DNA from: Candidatus Woesearchaeota archaeon
GTDB taxonomy: Archaea; Nanobdellota; Nanobdellia; Woesearchaeales; GCA-2687795
Length of the DNA: 64,000 nucleotides
Direction: 5' to 3'
NCBI GenBank assembly: GCA_002687795.1
Contig: NZBG01000034.1
Span: 10,362 to 74,361, forward strand
Made by a program: the position numbers and the translations under genes. This document shows, one piece after another, positions 49,199 to 57,546 of this stretch (the first letter of the stretch is position 1; each line of letters starts with the position of its first letter). The notes beneath the pieces are model-generated. The model was given only the letters and a program-made list of their open reading frames with translations, did no database searches and was not told where the DNA came from.

Positions 49199-50062
49199 CT
49201 AAACATTATGATCCCTGCCAAAAAGCCTTTCATAATATTTTTGGGCAGTGTTTGACTTGGCATGTATGATAAAGGAAGCCAGCTGGTTTAAAGTAAAAAA
49301 AGAGCCATATACCACTAAAAACCAGTATAAAAAGCTCCATCTTGGGACAAGCATGACAGACTTATTAATGTATTCCAGGATTATCAGCAGCAATATAATC
49401 AGCTTATCATAAGGGCAGACCCATAAAAAGTTCATCTTCTCGCTGATTTTATACAAAAAGCCAAACTTTCCGGTTGCCTCGCCAATCTTTGAAAGCTTGT
49501 TCTCTTTTTTTGTGTTTTGTCTGATATTAATACCTTCCTTGCTGTCTTCCATACTCTTGATTGCTTCAAGCCTCTTGTTCACTATGGTCCATGTAAGGGC
49601 CATGAACACCACCGAAGCTGAAAACACAACAGCCAGAAACCCGAAGATAAGGGCTGAGATTTTTGCTGTATTCAGAAAAACAGAAAACGCTATCCCAAAA
49701 TACATGAACTTGGGAAGAAACTGGTGAGATATCTCATCAATATGCACTCCAAGGATGCTTGTCTGTTTCCTGTACCTTGCGATCTCGCCATCCACTGTGT
49801 CAAGGATAAAACCGAAATTCATAAGCAATATCCCTATCAGCATATATTCCAATGTCCCAAAGAAAAGGAGGACTGCGCCAAGAAGGGTTATCAATATATG
49901 AAAGACAGTGACCTGGTTAGCTGTAATAGAGGTGTACAGGAAAAGTTTGGTGATATAAATAGATATTTTCCTAATAAAATATTTCTGGTATAAAGGATGT
50001 TTCTGCTCTTCCCATCCCCTTATCCTGCACTTCTCTTTTAATACTGAAATTGGTTCTGTCAT
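49199..50062 (-). CDS. CDP-alcohol phosphotransferase family protein
   Basis: TANQVT and DTVDGEIARYRKQTSILGVHIDEISH (the last motif Asp is replaced by His). Confidence 0.85.
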   Translation of the reverse strand: MTEPISVLKEKCRIRGWEEQKHPLYQKYFIRKISIYITKLFLYTSITANQVTVFHILITLLGAVLLFFGTLEYMLIGILLMNFGFILDTVDGEIARYRKQTSILGVHIDEISHQFLPKFMYFGIAFSVFLNTAKISALIFGFLAVVFSASVVFMALTWTIVNKRLEAIKSMEDSKEGINIRQNTKKENKLSKIGEATGKFGFLYKISEKMNFLWVCPYDKLIILLLIILEYINKSVMLVPRWSFLYWFLVVYGSFFTLNQLASFIIHAKSNTAQKYYERLFGRDHNV

Positions 50063-50116
50063 ATACTAAAAAGATTAAAGATTTGTTTATATATTTTTTG
50101 GATAGTTTGTCAAAAA

Positions 50117-50977
50117 CTACAGCCTGGCATGAATCCTTGTCAGGATATCCTTATCAACATCCAAGCTCCCTATATCCCCCCTTATATCCCCATGAAAGTC
50201 TGTTCCTCCTGATTCCAGAAGGTTCCTCTTTTCTGCAATTGATTTAAAGAGCTGGTTTTTTGCTATGCTTTCTTCTTTGGGAGTTTTGTTTATAACATCA
50301 TAAGGATAATAAGTCTCAATACCTTCACCGCCATTCTTAATAAAAAGGTCTATCAACTCTGCTGCATCCTTGTCGGAATATACCCCCGGATGCGCAAGAA
50401 AGCACAGGCCTCCGGCAGCCTTGATAACATCTATCGCCTCTTTCATTCTTATCTTAAGCGTTCTTTCAACATAAGCAGGCTTTCCGGTTCCTATATACTG
50501 GTCGAACACATCCTTAATAGTGGAGAATTTATCTGGGTATCTCTTTAACAAAAGCCTTGCGATATGAGGCCTTCCGAAAGAGCCTTTCACTGATTTGCTC
50601 ACTTCCTCAAATGTTATATCAAAGCCTAACTCATTCAGTTTTCTGATGATTTCTTTCTTTTGCTTTATTCTGTCCTGCCTTATCTTATCTGTCAGCTCAA
50701 GCAGTCTTTTATTCCTGAAATCAATAAACAACCCTATAATATGAACATTAACAAAACCCAGTTCTTTCTCATCACAGCCGAACTCAATGCCCGGAACAAG
50801 CTCAAGCCCTATATTATTTTTTGTTATATGCCTTAAAGCAGGCTCTATACCGCTAACTGTGTCATGGTCTGTGACAGCAATTGTTTTCATTCCCCTTTCA
50901 ACTGCCCTGTCAACCACCTGCTCAGGCGTAAAAGTGCCATCTGATTTATCCGTATGTATATGAAGATCGATTTTCAT
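50117..50977 (-). CDS. PHP-domain phosphatase (TrpH/YciV, 3',5'-bisphosphate nucleotidase-like)
   Basis: DLHIHT..SDG, TDHDT, GRPHIAR, LAHP and GGTDFHG. Confidence 0.88.
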   Translation of the reverse strand: MKIDLHIHTDKSDGTFTPEQVVDRAVERGMKTIAVTDHDTVSGIEPALRHITKNNIGLELVPGIEFGCDEKELGFVNVHIIGLFIDFRNKRLLELTDKIRQDRIKQKKEIIRKLNELGFDITFEEVSKSVKGSFGRPHIARLLLKRYPDKFSTIKDVFDQYIGTGKPAYVERTLKIRMKEAIDVIKAAGGLCFLAHPGVYSDKDAAELIDLFIKNGGEGIETYYPYDVINKTPKEESIAKNQLFKSIAEKRNLLESGGTDFHGDIRGDIGSLDVDKDILTRIHARL

Positions 50978-51612
50978 TTTATGTTTAATAAAGAGATTAA
51001 TTGATTTGCTAACTTCTCGAATCTTTCTTTGCCAATCATTACCTTTCTGACAGGCTTCATCTTCACAAACTCTTCACCTGTTCCTGAGTCCTTATGCACC
51101 TCTTTTCTTCCAAAGGAACTGTCCACTGTATAAGGCTGGCCTATATCTCCCCTGAAAGGAAATACTTTGATATGAAGATGCTCTTTCTTTTCTTTCCAGT
51201 TTGTGCATTTTCCATAGGTTGCCATGGAAACTGCATCTTCCTTTGACTCTGATGTTACCTTAAACCCTTTATTCTCAGCTGCCATGAGCCCGGCCATAGC
51301 ATTGCATACCTTAGAGAAAGCTGTTCCATAGTTTTCAGCCAGTTTAGGGTAATTGCTTACCTGGCAGAAATGGGTCAGATGCGCCTGGGGCATTAGCTGT
51401 ATAGTAAAATCCTGCTCAGGGTCTCCGCCGGTTTTAGGGGACAAAGTGGCAAACCAGCTGTCTTCAGCAGAGCTGCCTATCCTGAAAACAATAACAGCTC
51501 CGTAATCTGTTCTTTGCCCAACTTTCAGTGAAGATTCACTGCAAAGATTACAATCTTTATGCAAAGAGGCGTCTTCTTTTATTAGCCCATTAATATTATC
51601 ATTCATTTTCAA
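50974..51612 (-). CDS. HIT-like protein with a variant triad (start likely ATG 51606)
   Basis: N-terminal CNLC, MPQAH and HLHIKVFP (HxHxK instead of HxHxH). Confidence 0.55.
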   Translation of the reverse strand: MKMNDNINGLIKEDASLHKDCNLCSESSLKVGQRTDYGAVIVFRIGSSAEDSWFATLSPKTGGDPEQDFTIQLMPQAHLTHFCQVSNYPKLAENYGTAFSKVCNAMAGLMAAENKGFKVTSESKEDAVSMATYGKCTNWKEKKEHLHIKVFPFRGDIGQPYTVDSSFGRKEVHKDSGTGEEFVKMKPVRKVMIGKERFEKLANQLISLLNIK

Positions 51613-52699
51613 CTGGCTTTATGAATTCCTTCTCCCTTCTTTCATCAACATAAGCATCAAAATATCCCACCACAAGCCTGTAATAATTCTCTTTATTCTT
51701 AGCGCTGACTTTCTCAAGGATTCCGCATGCCCTAAGCTTCTCCCCAGGATGAGCAAGCATTGCATAATCCCTTGAATAGAATACAATCTTCTTTATCTTA
51801 TTGTTTATGCCTTCTAATTTTAAGCCGTTGCCATCTATTACTTTTGCATCCTTTATATCATAACATCCAGGCCTTACAATAGAGTTATGGCTGTCTGTTA
51901 CAATGCCTTCAATGGCTGCTAACCCTAATGAGGAATATTGCTCTTCCCCCCATTTGAACCAGACCTCCTCTTCCTTCTCAGTCGCAAAGATTACAAAAAG
52001 GCAGCCATTAAAATATCCTTCTGATTTCCTCTTCCTCATTATGCGCAGGAAACCATCCTCGCTGAATATCCCAAACCTGTTCCTTTTCTTATAGAAATCC
52101 AGCCATTCTTCGTCTGTCTTCCACTTCAGTGAAGGATGCTCTGCTGTCTCAAGGTATTTCATAAGCTTCCAGAAGTTCTCTTTGCCATAGACCACAATGT
52201 TTATATCTGATATGTTTGACATGTAATGCCCCATTAGGGTTGAGTATGTTATGCCAAGGTCCTTTATCCTCAGGCCGCTTCCTATAAAGAAGCTCACGAG
52301 CTCATGAACAGTCTTAAGGTGTTCATCAAGCGCTTCCTTTGGCATTGCCATAAGCTCTGAAAGACCTCTCCTGGGGAAATATATTCTTTCTATATCATCA
52401 ACAGGCACTGTGAAAAAAAGCCTTTCCTCAGTATGCTGGGGGCTTTCAAGCATATAATGCGGATATGCCTCTTTGAACTGCTCAATATATGTTTTCAGCT
52501 TTGCCTTGTCAATCCAGAGGTTGAGCCTGTTCATCTTTCTCCCTGAGATGAACCTGTATTGCAGTGCATCTGACTCAATCTTGCCTGTGGGAATATACTT
52601 TGGCTTTACAAGTATGCTGCTCATGGGATGCTCATTCCCATAAACCTGGCAATGCAGGCCGTCCTTTGTTGTTATGATTGATGATTCATAGAAGTGCAT
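51599..52699 (-). CDS. COG1665-like nucleotidyltransferase, paralog B (degenerate DxD)
   Basis: LGITYSTL...SDINIVVYG, with a C-terminal OB-like segment (GEKLRACGILEKV...YRLVVG). Confidence 0.75.
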   Translation of the reverse strand: MHFYESSIITTKDGLHCQVYGNEHPMSSILVKPKYIPTGKIESDALQYRFISGRKMNRLNLWIDKAKLKTYIEQFKEAYPHYMLESPQHTEERLFFTVPVDDIERIYFPRRGLSELMAMPKEALDEHLKTVHELVSFFIGSGLRIKDLGITYSTLMGHYMSNISDINIVVYGKENFWKLMKYLETAEHPSLKWKTDEEWLDFYKKRNRFGIFSEDGFLRIMRKRKSEGYFNGCLFVIFATEKEEEVWFKWGEEQYSSLGLAAIEGIVTDSHNSIVRPGCYDIKDAKVIDGNGLKLEGINNKIKKIVFYSRDYAMLAHPGEKLRACGILEKVSAKNKENYYRLVVGYFDAYVDERREKEFIKPVENE

Positions 52700-52700
52700 A

Positions 52701-53804
52701 TTATTCAACCTCTGCTTTTATGTATTCTTTCTCTCTTCTGTCAGTTAGATAGGCATCAAAATAGCCAACAACAACGCGATAATATCTGCTCCCATCCTTT
52801 GCTGTTACCAGCTCAAGCAGGCCGCATGCTTTTACTCGTTCTCCTTTAAGCGCCTGCTGTATGAAAGGTATAGAATATGTTACAATTCTCTTTATAGGAA
52901 TCTCCTTGTTAAGCTTTAGGGCTTCACTCTCTCCTTCAACTATCTCCCCTTCTTCTATCTCATAATAACCAGGCCTTACATGGCTGTTGTAATGGTCTAT
53001 GACTTTTCCCCTTATTGTTGCTGTTCCAACTGGTTCATAGATTTCCTCACCCCATTTGAACCATGTTTCATCCGGCTCCTCAACAGTAAACAATGTAAAG
53101 ACAGTTCCTCCGAAAGTGCCTTCATACCTTTTCCTTCCCATATGCTTTACATACTCCTTCTCTGTAAAATGGGATGACTCTGATGTCTTATGTTCTTTAT
53201 AATATTCAGCCCATTCTTCATCAGTTTTCCATTTTAGCTTATCATGCGCTGCTGTTTTAAGGTAATCAAGAATTTTCCAGCCGTTTTCTTTTCCATAAAT
53301 AATGATATCTATGTCTGACTCCCCGGGAGTGTAGTTGGCCATTAAAGTGGAATGTGTTATGCCTAAATTATCAGGGCTTACTCCGCTCCTACACAGAAAA
53401 TCAACCAATTCCCTTACCAGTGTTAGGTATTCATCCAGGTCTTTCTTAGGCACTTTTAATAATTCGCCTAAACCTTTCCTTCCGTCATGGACAGTCTTTA
53501 TCTTTTCTTTTGGAACAACAAAGAACCAGTTCTTATGGACAGGAGAATCATAGATATAGCCAGGAAACTTTTTTCTGAACTGTTCTAAGTAATTAACGAG
53601 CTTTTCTTTTTCTGCGAACAGATTAAACCTCACAAGGCATTTCTCAAACAAAAACCTGTATTTCAGGCCCTCTCCCTCTATTGCTTCCTTGGGGATATAC
53701 TTTGGCTTAACGATTACATAGCCTTCAGGATGCTCGTTTCCATATGACTTACACTGGAAACCGTCTGTTGTGTCTATTAATGTTGATTCATAGAAGTGCG
53801 TCAT
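52701..53804 (-). CDS. COG1665-like nucleotidyltransferase, paralog A
   Basis: GNEHP..Y...KY, LGITHSTL...SDIDIIIYG and GERVKACGLLE. Confidence 0.78.
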   Translation of the reverse strand: MTHFYESTLIDTTDGFQCKSYGNEHPEGYVIVKPKYIPKEAIEGEGLKYRFLFEKCLVRFNLFAEKEKLVNYLEQFRKKFPGYIYDSPVHKNWFFVVPKEKIKTVHDGRKGLGELLKVPKKDLDEYLTLVRELVDFLCRSGVSPDNLGITHSTLMANYTPGESDIDIIIYGKENGWKILDYLKTAAHDKLKWKTDEEWAEYYKEHKTSESSHFTEKEYVKHMGRKRYEGTFGGTVFTLFTVEEPDETWFKWGEEIYEPVGTATIRGKVIDHYNSHVRPGYYEIEEGEIVEGESEALKLNKEIPIKRIVTYSIPFIQQALKGERVKACGLLELVTAKDGSRYYRVVVGYFDAYLTDRREKEYIKAEVE

Positions 53805-55183
53805 TTTGTCACCTCTATTGGTTTTGCGGTTATATCATCCGGAATCTTCAGGCCTAATAGCCTCAAAATAGTTGGCGCTACCTGCTTTATGTCAATATCA
53901 TCTATTTGCCCTTTACAGGCAACCCATTTTCCGCTTATTATGAAACAGCCCTGCCTCGAATGGCCTGCGTTATCTGCGCCCACCGCACTTTCCCATGAAT
54001 ATAGGCCTTCCTGGCCAAGGTCAGGGTTTGAGGCCCATCTTAGCTCATCAAAGTAAACTATTAAGTCAGGGCATTCTCTGCTGGATGGATCTTTGTAGAT
54101 ATCTTCAGAAGAATAAACCTTTGTGTCAAGCTTTTTTCCTTTGTCATTTGGGATGTTCTCCAGTTTTTTTATTAGCTCCTTCTTTACTTTATTATAGTCT
54201 GCGCCAACAACCTTTCTGTTAATATAGACTCTTGCATTATATGCGCCGCCGCCGTATGCAACTGTTTTGTCCATGTCCACAAACTTTGTGTCAAACCTCT
54301 TCTTTTCGCTTAGGTCTATGCCTTCTTTAAGGACAAGATAGCCTTCCTTTGCCAGCCAGTTGTTGATATTGATTTTCCCTTCCTGCTTGAACATCCCATG
54401 GTCTGAGGCAACGATAATAATTGTATCATCATCAAGCAGCTCCATTATCTCGCCAAGCTTTTTATCAAGGTAAATGTAATAGTCTTTCAGGGCATCTTTA
54501 TGAGGTGAGTCTTTGATGAATCTTCTGTGTGTATCATCAAAATGCCTCCAGAGCATATGCTGCAGCCTGTCAGTTCCTATCATAACACTTATGAAGAAAT
54601 CCCATGACTCATTGGCAAGAAGGTCTTTTAAAAGCTCTATCTGCATATCAGTCATCTCATAAGTCCTCTCAAGCAGAGTGCTTATATCAAGGGACTTATG
54701 GCCTGCTAAGCCAACCGCAACGTCAAAGAAAATCTCAGGGTTTCCTTTAGAGATTATTTTTTCTCTTATCTTTTCAGGATAAGCGCAGTCGCTCTCAACA
54801 CCAGGTGTCAAGAACCCGCTGACCATGCAGCCGTTTACCTGCTTTACAGGAAAGGTCAAAGGCACATACAAGGCAATGCTCTTTTTATCCTGCTCTCCCA
54901 GGATGTCCCAAAGCAGTTTGCATTTTATGCTTCCTGAATTGGCTAATCTTGAATTTCCATCCTCATCTTTGTATGTATAGCTGAACACTCCTATTTGGCT
55001 TGCATCCTTCCCTGACAACATAGAATTCCAGGCTATTATTGTAGAAGGAGGTATTGTGCTGTTTACTTTAGCATAAGCTCCTGTGTCCATAAGTCTCTTT
55101 ATGTTCGGCAGTTCATTGTTCCATCTGCCAAAGATAAGTTCAGGCGGTGCTCCGTCAATTCCAAAAATAAAAACCTTGCTCAT
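53801..55183 (-). CDS. NPP/type I phosphodiesterase (alkaline-phosphatase superfamily, COG3379-like)
   Basis: GIDGA, PPSTIIAW (Thr nucleophile), DRLQH, SDHG, HSRQG and VAPT. Confidence 0.88.
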   Translation of the reverse strand: MSKVFIFGIDGAPPELIFGRWNNELPNIKRLMDTGAYAKVNSTIPPSTIIAWNSMLSGKDASQIGVFSYTYKDEDGNSRLANSGSIKCKLLWDILGEQDKKSIALYVPLTFPVKQVNGCMVSGFLTPGVESDCAYPEKIREKIISKGNPEIFFDVAVGLAGHKSLDISTLLERTYEMTDMQIELLKDLLANESWDFFISVMIGTDRLQHMLWRHFDDTHRRFIKDSPHKDALKDYYIYLDKKLGEIMELLDDDTIIIVASDHGMFKQEGKININNWLAKEGYLVLKEGIDLSEKKRFDTKFVDMDKTVAYGGGAYNARVYINRKVVGADYNKVKKELIKKLENIPNDKGKKLDTKVYSSEDIYKDPSSRECPDLIVYFDELRWASNPDLGQEGLYSWESAVGADNAGHSRQGCFIISGKWVACKGQIDDIDIKQVAPTILRLLGLKIPDDITAKPIEVTK

Positions 55184-55195
55184 GATAAAATCACT

Positions 55196-56314
55196 CTACA
55201 TTTCTTTTTCAAGCAAAGGCCATAGCTTTTCTTCTATGTCAAGCCCTTTCCCTGCAAGATTATTCTTTTCGTCCGGGTCGTTCTTCATGTCATAAAGCTC
55301 TCTCTTATTGGTGCTGGTGTTGATAATAAGCTTCCAGTCTTCAGTCCTTATTGCTTTCACGTTCGGCTTCTTGGGGGAAGGCGCAGGCCCTCCTAAGCCG
55401 CCTGTCTCAGAAAATGCTATTCTGCTCTTCTCATCAGGGTTTCCTAAGAAAGGCATCAGGCTTGAGCCCCTGAACTCTTGTTCATTGAAATTTATCTTCA
55501 GCATATCCAGGATAGTGGGCATTATATCCACGCTCCTTACAAGCTTGCTTACTTCCAGCTCAGGAAATCTTTCTTTATTAAGAAACAATGCAAAAGTGTT
55601 CAGCGTATAATCATAGCAAAAGCTGCCATACACCTTTTCCCCTGCCCTTTCCCCTGTGCTTGTTCCATGGTCTGATGCAAGGATTATCACAGAGTTTTCA
55701 ATAAGGCCCTTTTTCTCCAGCTCATCAAAGATTGATTTCAGGTAAGCATCAGCTTCCTTGACATACGAGGAAAACATCTTCTGGTTGCCTTCCCTGTTGC
55801 TGAAATACTCCTCGCTGGTGTCTGTGTATTTCTTGACAACATTCTTAACAATAAGGTTATGGACAATGCTGCAGTGGAGATAAACGAACAAAGGCTTTTT
55901 TATATCCTCTACTGTGTTCAGAATATTCTTGTGCCTTGCTATCATCTCTTCTGCGTTCTCTATCACCTTCTCTTCTTCAAAACCTTTCTGTATTGTTAAC
56001 ACATCAAAACCCTGCCCTGGGATAACCATATCATTCATTGCATCCCCTATGGTGAAATAGCCATGCTCTTTAAGAAACTGGGGCAATGTCCTGCATTCTT
56101 TCCTGAAATTAGGCGCTCCATAATAATTATCAACCCCTGTCTCTTTTCCATACTTGCCTGTGAAAATAGAATGCAGGGATGCTATTGAGTATGGCGCATA
56201 GGCAAACATCCTGTTGAACAATGTACCCTGTAAGGTTGAGAAAAAAGGCATATCCTTTATCGTATCATGCCTTACACCATCAACCAATATAAAAATAATG
56301 TTTGGCTTGTCCAT
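55196..56314 (-). CDS. Sulfatase-fold hydrolase/transferase lacking the C/SxPxR motif
   Basis: KPNIIFILVDGVR, APYSIASLHSIFTGKY, SDHG, DIMPT and ELYD...DP.E..NL. Confidence 0.85.
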   Translation of the reverse strand: MDKPNIIFILVDGVRHDTIKDMPFFSTLQGTLFNRMFAYAPYSIASLHSIFTGKYGKETGVDNYYGAPNFRKECRTLPQFLKEHGYFTIGDAMNDMVIPGQGFDVLTIQKGFEEEKVIENAEEMIARHKNILNTVEDIKKPLFVYLHCSIVHNLIVKNVVKKYTDTSEEYFSNREGNQKMFSSYVKEADAYLKSIFDELEKKGLIENSVIILASDHGTSTGERAGEKVYGSFCYDYTLNTFALFLNKERFPELEVSKLVRSVDIMPTILDMLKINFNEQEFRGSSLMPFLGNPDEKSRIAFSETGGLGGPAPSPKKPNVKAIRTEDWKLIINTSTNKRELYDMKNDPDEKNNLAGKGLDIEEKLWPLLEKEM

Positions 56315-56315
56315 T

Positions 56316-56543
56316 TTAGTCCAGATAACCCAGGCTTCTTAGCCTTTCTTTAACCTTGATTTCATCCTCTTTGCTGAAAGGGTTTTCCTTCTTCTCAGAA
56401 TCCTCTGATTCAGAGATTATCTGCCTTAGGATATAGGTTATATAGCTTGATATAGAATTAAATCCTGTGCCTTCTATCCTCTTTTTAACCTTCTCAGCCA
56501 GTATTTTAGGTATAGATACTGTTGTGATATTATGTTCTTCCAT
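56316..56543 (-). CDS. CopG/ribbon-helix-helix regulator with C-terminal LRSLGY motif
   Basis: TTVSIP..L...V...I..TGF.S.SSYI.YILR (RHH) and EIKVKERLRSLGYLD. GGAGG RBS upstream. Confidence 0.85.
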   Translation of the reverse strand: MEEHNITTVSIPKILAEKVKKRIEGTGFNSISSYITYILRQIISESEDSEKKENPFSKEDEIKVKERLRSLGYLD

Positions 56544-56704
56544 TTTAGAGCCCTCCTTCGGTTATATATATGTTTAATAGTATTTAATTGGCATTTATAT
56601 GATATTTATTCGACATTTATATAGTTTTTGGTTTAATCAATAGAAAAAGGCTTCTTCCAGTAGCTCAGAACTTATATCCTTTGAGTTTAAAGGACTTTAT
56701 TTAA

Positions 56705-56762
56705 TCAGGTATTTGTTGTGTTGATTAGGGTTCTTACACTGTCATTTATCGCTTGGAAGGTC
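56705..56762. repeat. Direct repeat copy 1 (58 bp, 50/58 identical to 58178-58235)
   Basis: TCAGGTATTTGTTGTGTTGATTAGGGTTCTTACACTGTCATTTATCGCTTGGAAGGTC. Confidence 0.85.
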
Positions 56763-56839
56763 ATTAACTGGTATTCTGCTGCATAGAACGCTGGGGTTAA
56801 GTTAAATAAGCCGCTTATTAAGAAATATGTCAGTATAAC
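56705..56839 (-). pseudogene. Orphan 3' end of a gene (...ISGLFNLTPAFYAAEYQLMTFQAINDSVRTLINTTNT*)
   Basis: Open frame without a plausible start. Its last 19 codons are repeated at 58178-58235 with mostly synonymous differences. Confidence 0.55.
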
Positions 56840-56993
56840 CTAATATTTAGGGGTAAAATGTGTCAGTATAACGATATATTTGTATAACCTGTATTTAGGT
56901 GAAGAAAAGATAAAAGGAAAAAGGATTTGAAAAGGTTATGAGAAAATTACAAAGAAAAGAAGAAAAAGACCATAAAGAGTTGCTTAAACTTAA

Positions 56994-57134
56994 GAAGAAA
57001 AGATAACTCCTGAAAAGCCAAAGAAAGTATATGGCTGGCTGATTGTTTTGATAATTCTGTTATTATGTATATTGGAATACTTTGTTTACCTAAGACTAAT
57101 AGAAAGGTTTAATAAATTAAACAGAAATATTTAA
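56994..57134 (+). pseudogene. Orphan C-terminal membrane-anchor fragment of a surface protein
   Basis: EEKITPEKPKKVYGWLIVLIILLLCILEYFVYLR... follows a stop and has no start. It resembles the PKPKYGWL...GYFAY anchor of 5132-6289. Confidence 0.5.
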
Positions 57135-57171
57135 ATATCTTTTCTGTTTAACTTGTTAATTAGATGATAAA

Positions 57172-57546
57172 ATGATTGGTGAAATCCATAAAGAAGCTGC
57201 AAAATCTCATTTAAAAGTGGGTGAAGAGTTTTACAAAAAAATGCAGGAAGAATCAGATACAAACAAGAAGACAGCTAATATGATTGTAAGCGCTCAGAAC
57301 TATTTTTATTGCTCAGTTAATGTAATAGAATATATTTTATTCAAAGAGAAAAAAGAACATTCCTTTAACCATGAAAACAGATTTAGAAAGGTGAAAGAAT
57401 ACTTCAATATATTTCCTTCTGAGTTCGCAGAACTATATGACAAAGTAGATAGGGATCTTAGGAATAAAGTAGCTTATAGAGGAGAGAATTCTGAGAAATT
57501 TGAATCGTTAAAGAAATTAGCAGAATCAGCAATTAAGTTACTATGA
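57172..57546 (+). CDS. HEPN-like protein
   Basis: 124-aa helical protein; NYFYC...IE, H..R and LRNKVAY (Rx4Y variant). Coupled by ATGA to an MNT gene. Confidence 0.65.
   Translation: MIGEIHKEAAKSHLKVGEEFYKKMQEESDTNKKTANMIVSAQNYFYCSVNVIEYILFKEKKEHSFNHENRFRKVKEYFNIFPSEFAELYDKVDRDLRNKVAYRGENSEKFESLKKLAESAIKLL

Noticed and set aside
51599-53804. CBASS or other antiphage nucleotide cyclase
   Set aside because: The architecture is COG1665-like with an OB-like C-terminus. No SAVED, CARF, TIR, patatin or TM effector and no Cap2/3 genes are adjacent.
56820-56945. Integron attC site or a complete dif site
   Set aside because: The GTATAAC motifs have no matching inverted partner arm at suitable spacing, and there is no integrase in the window.
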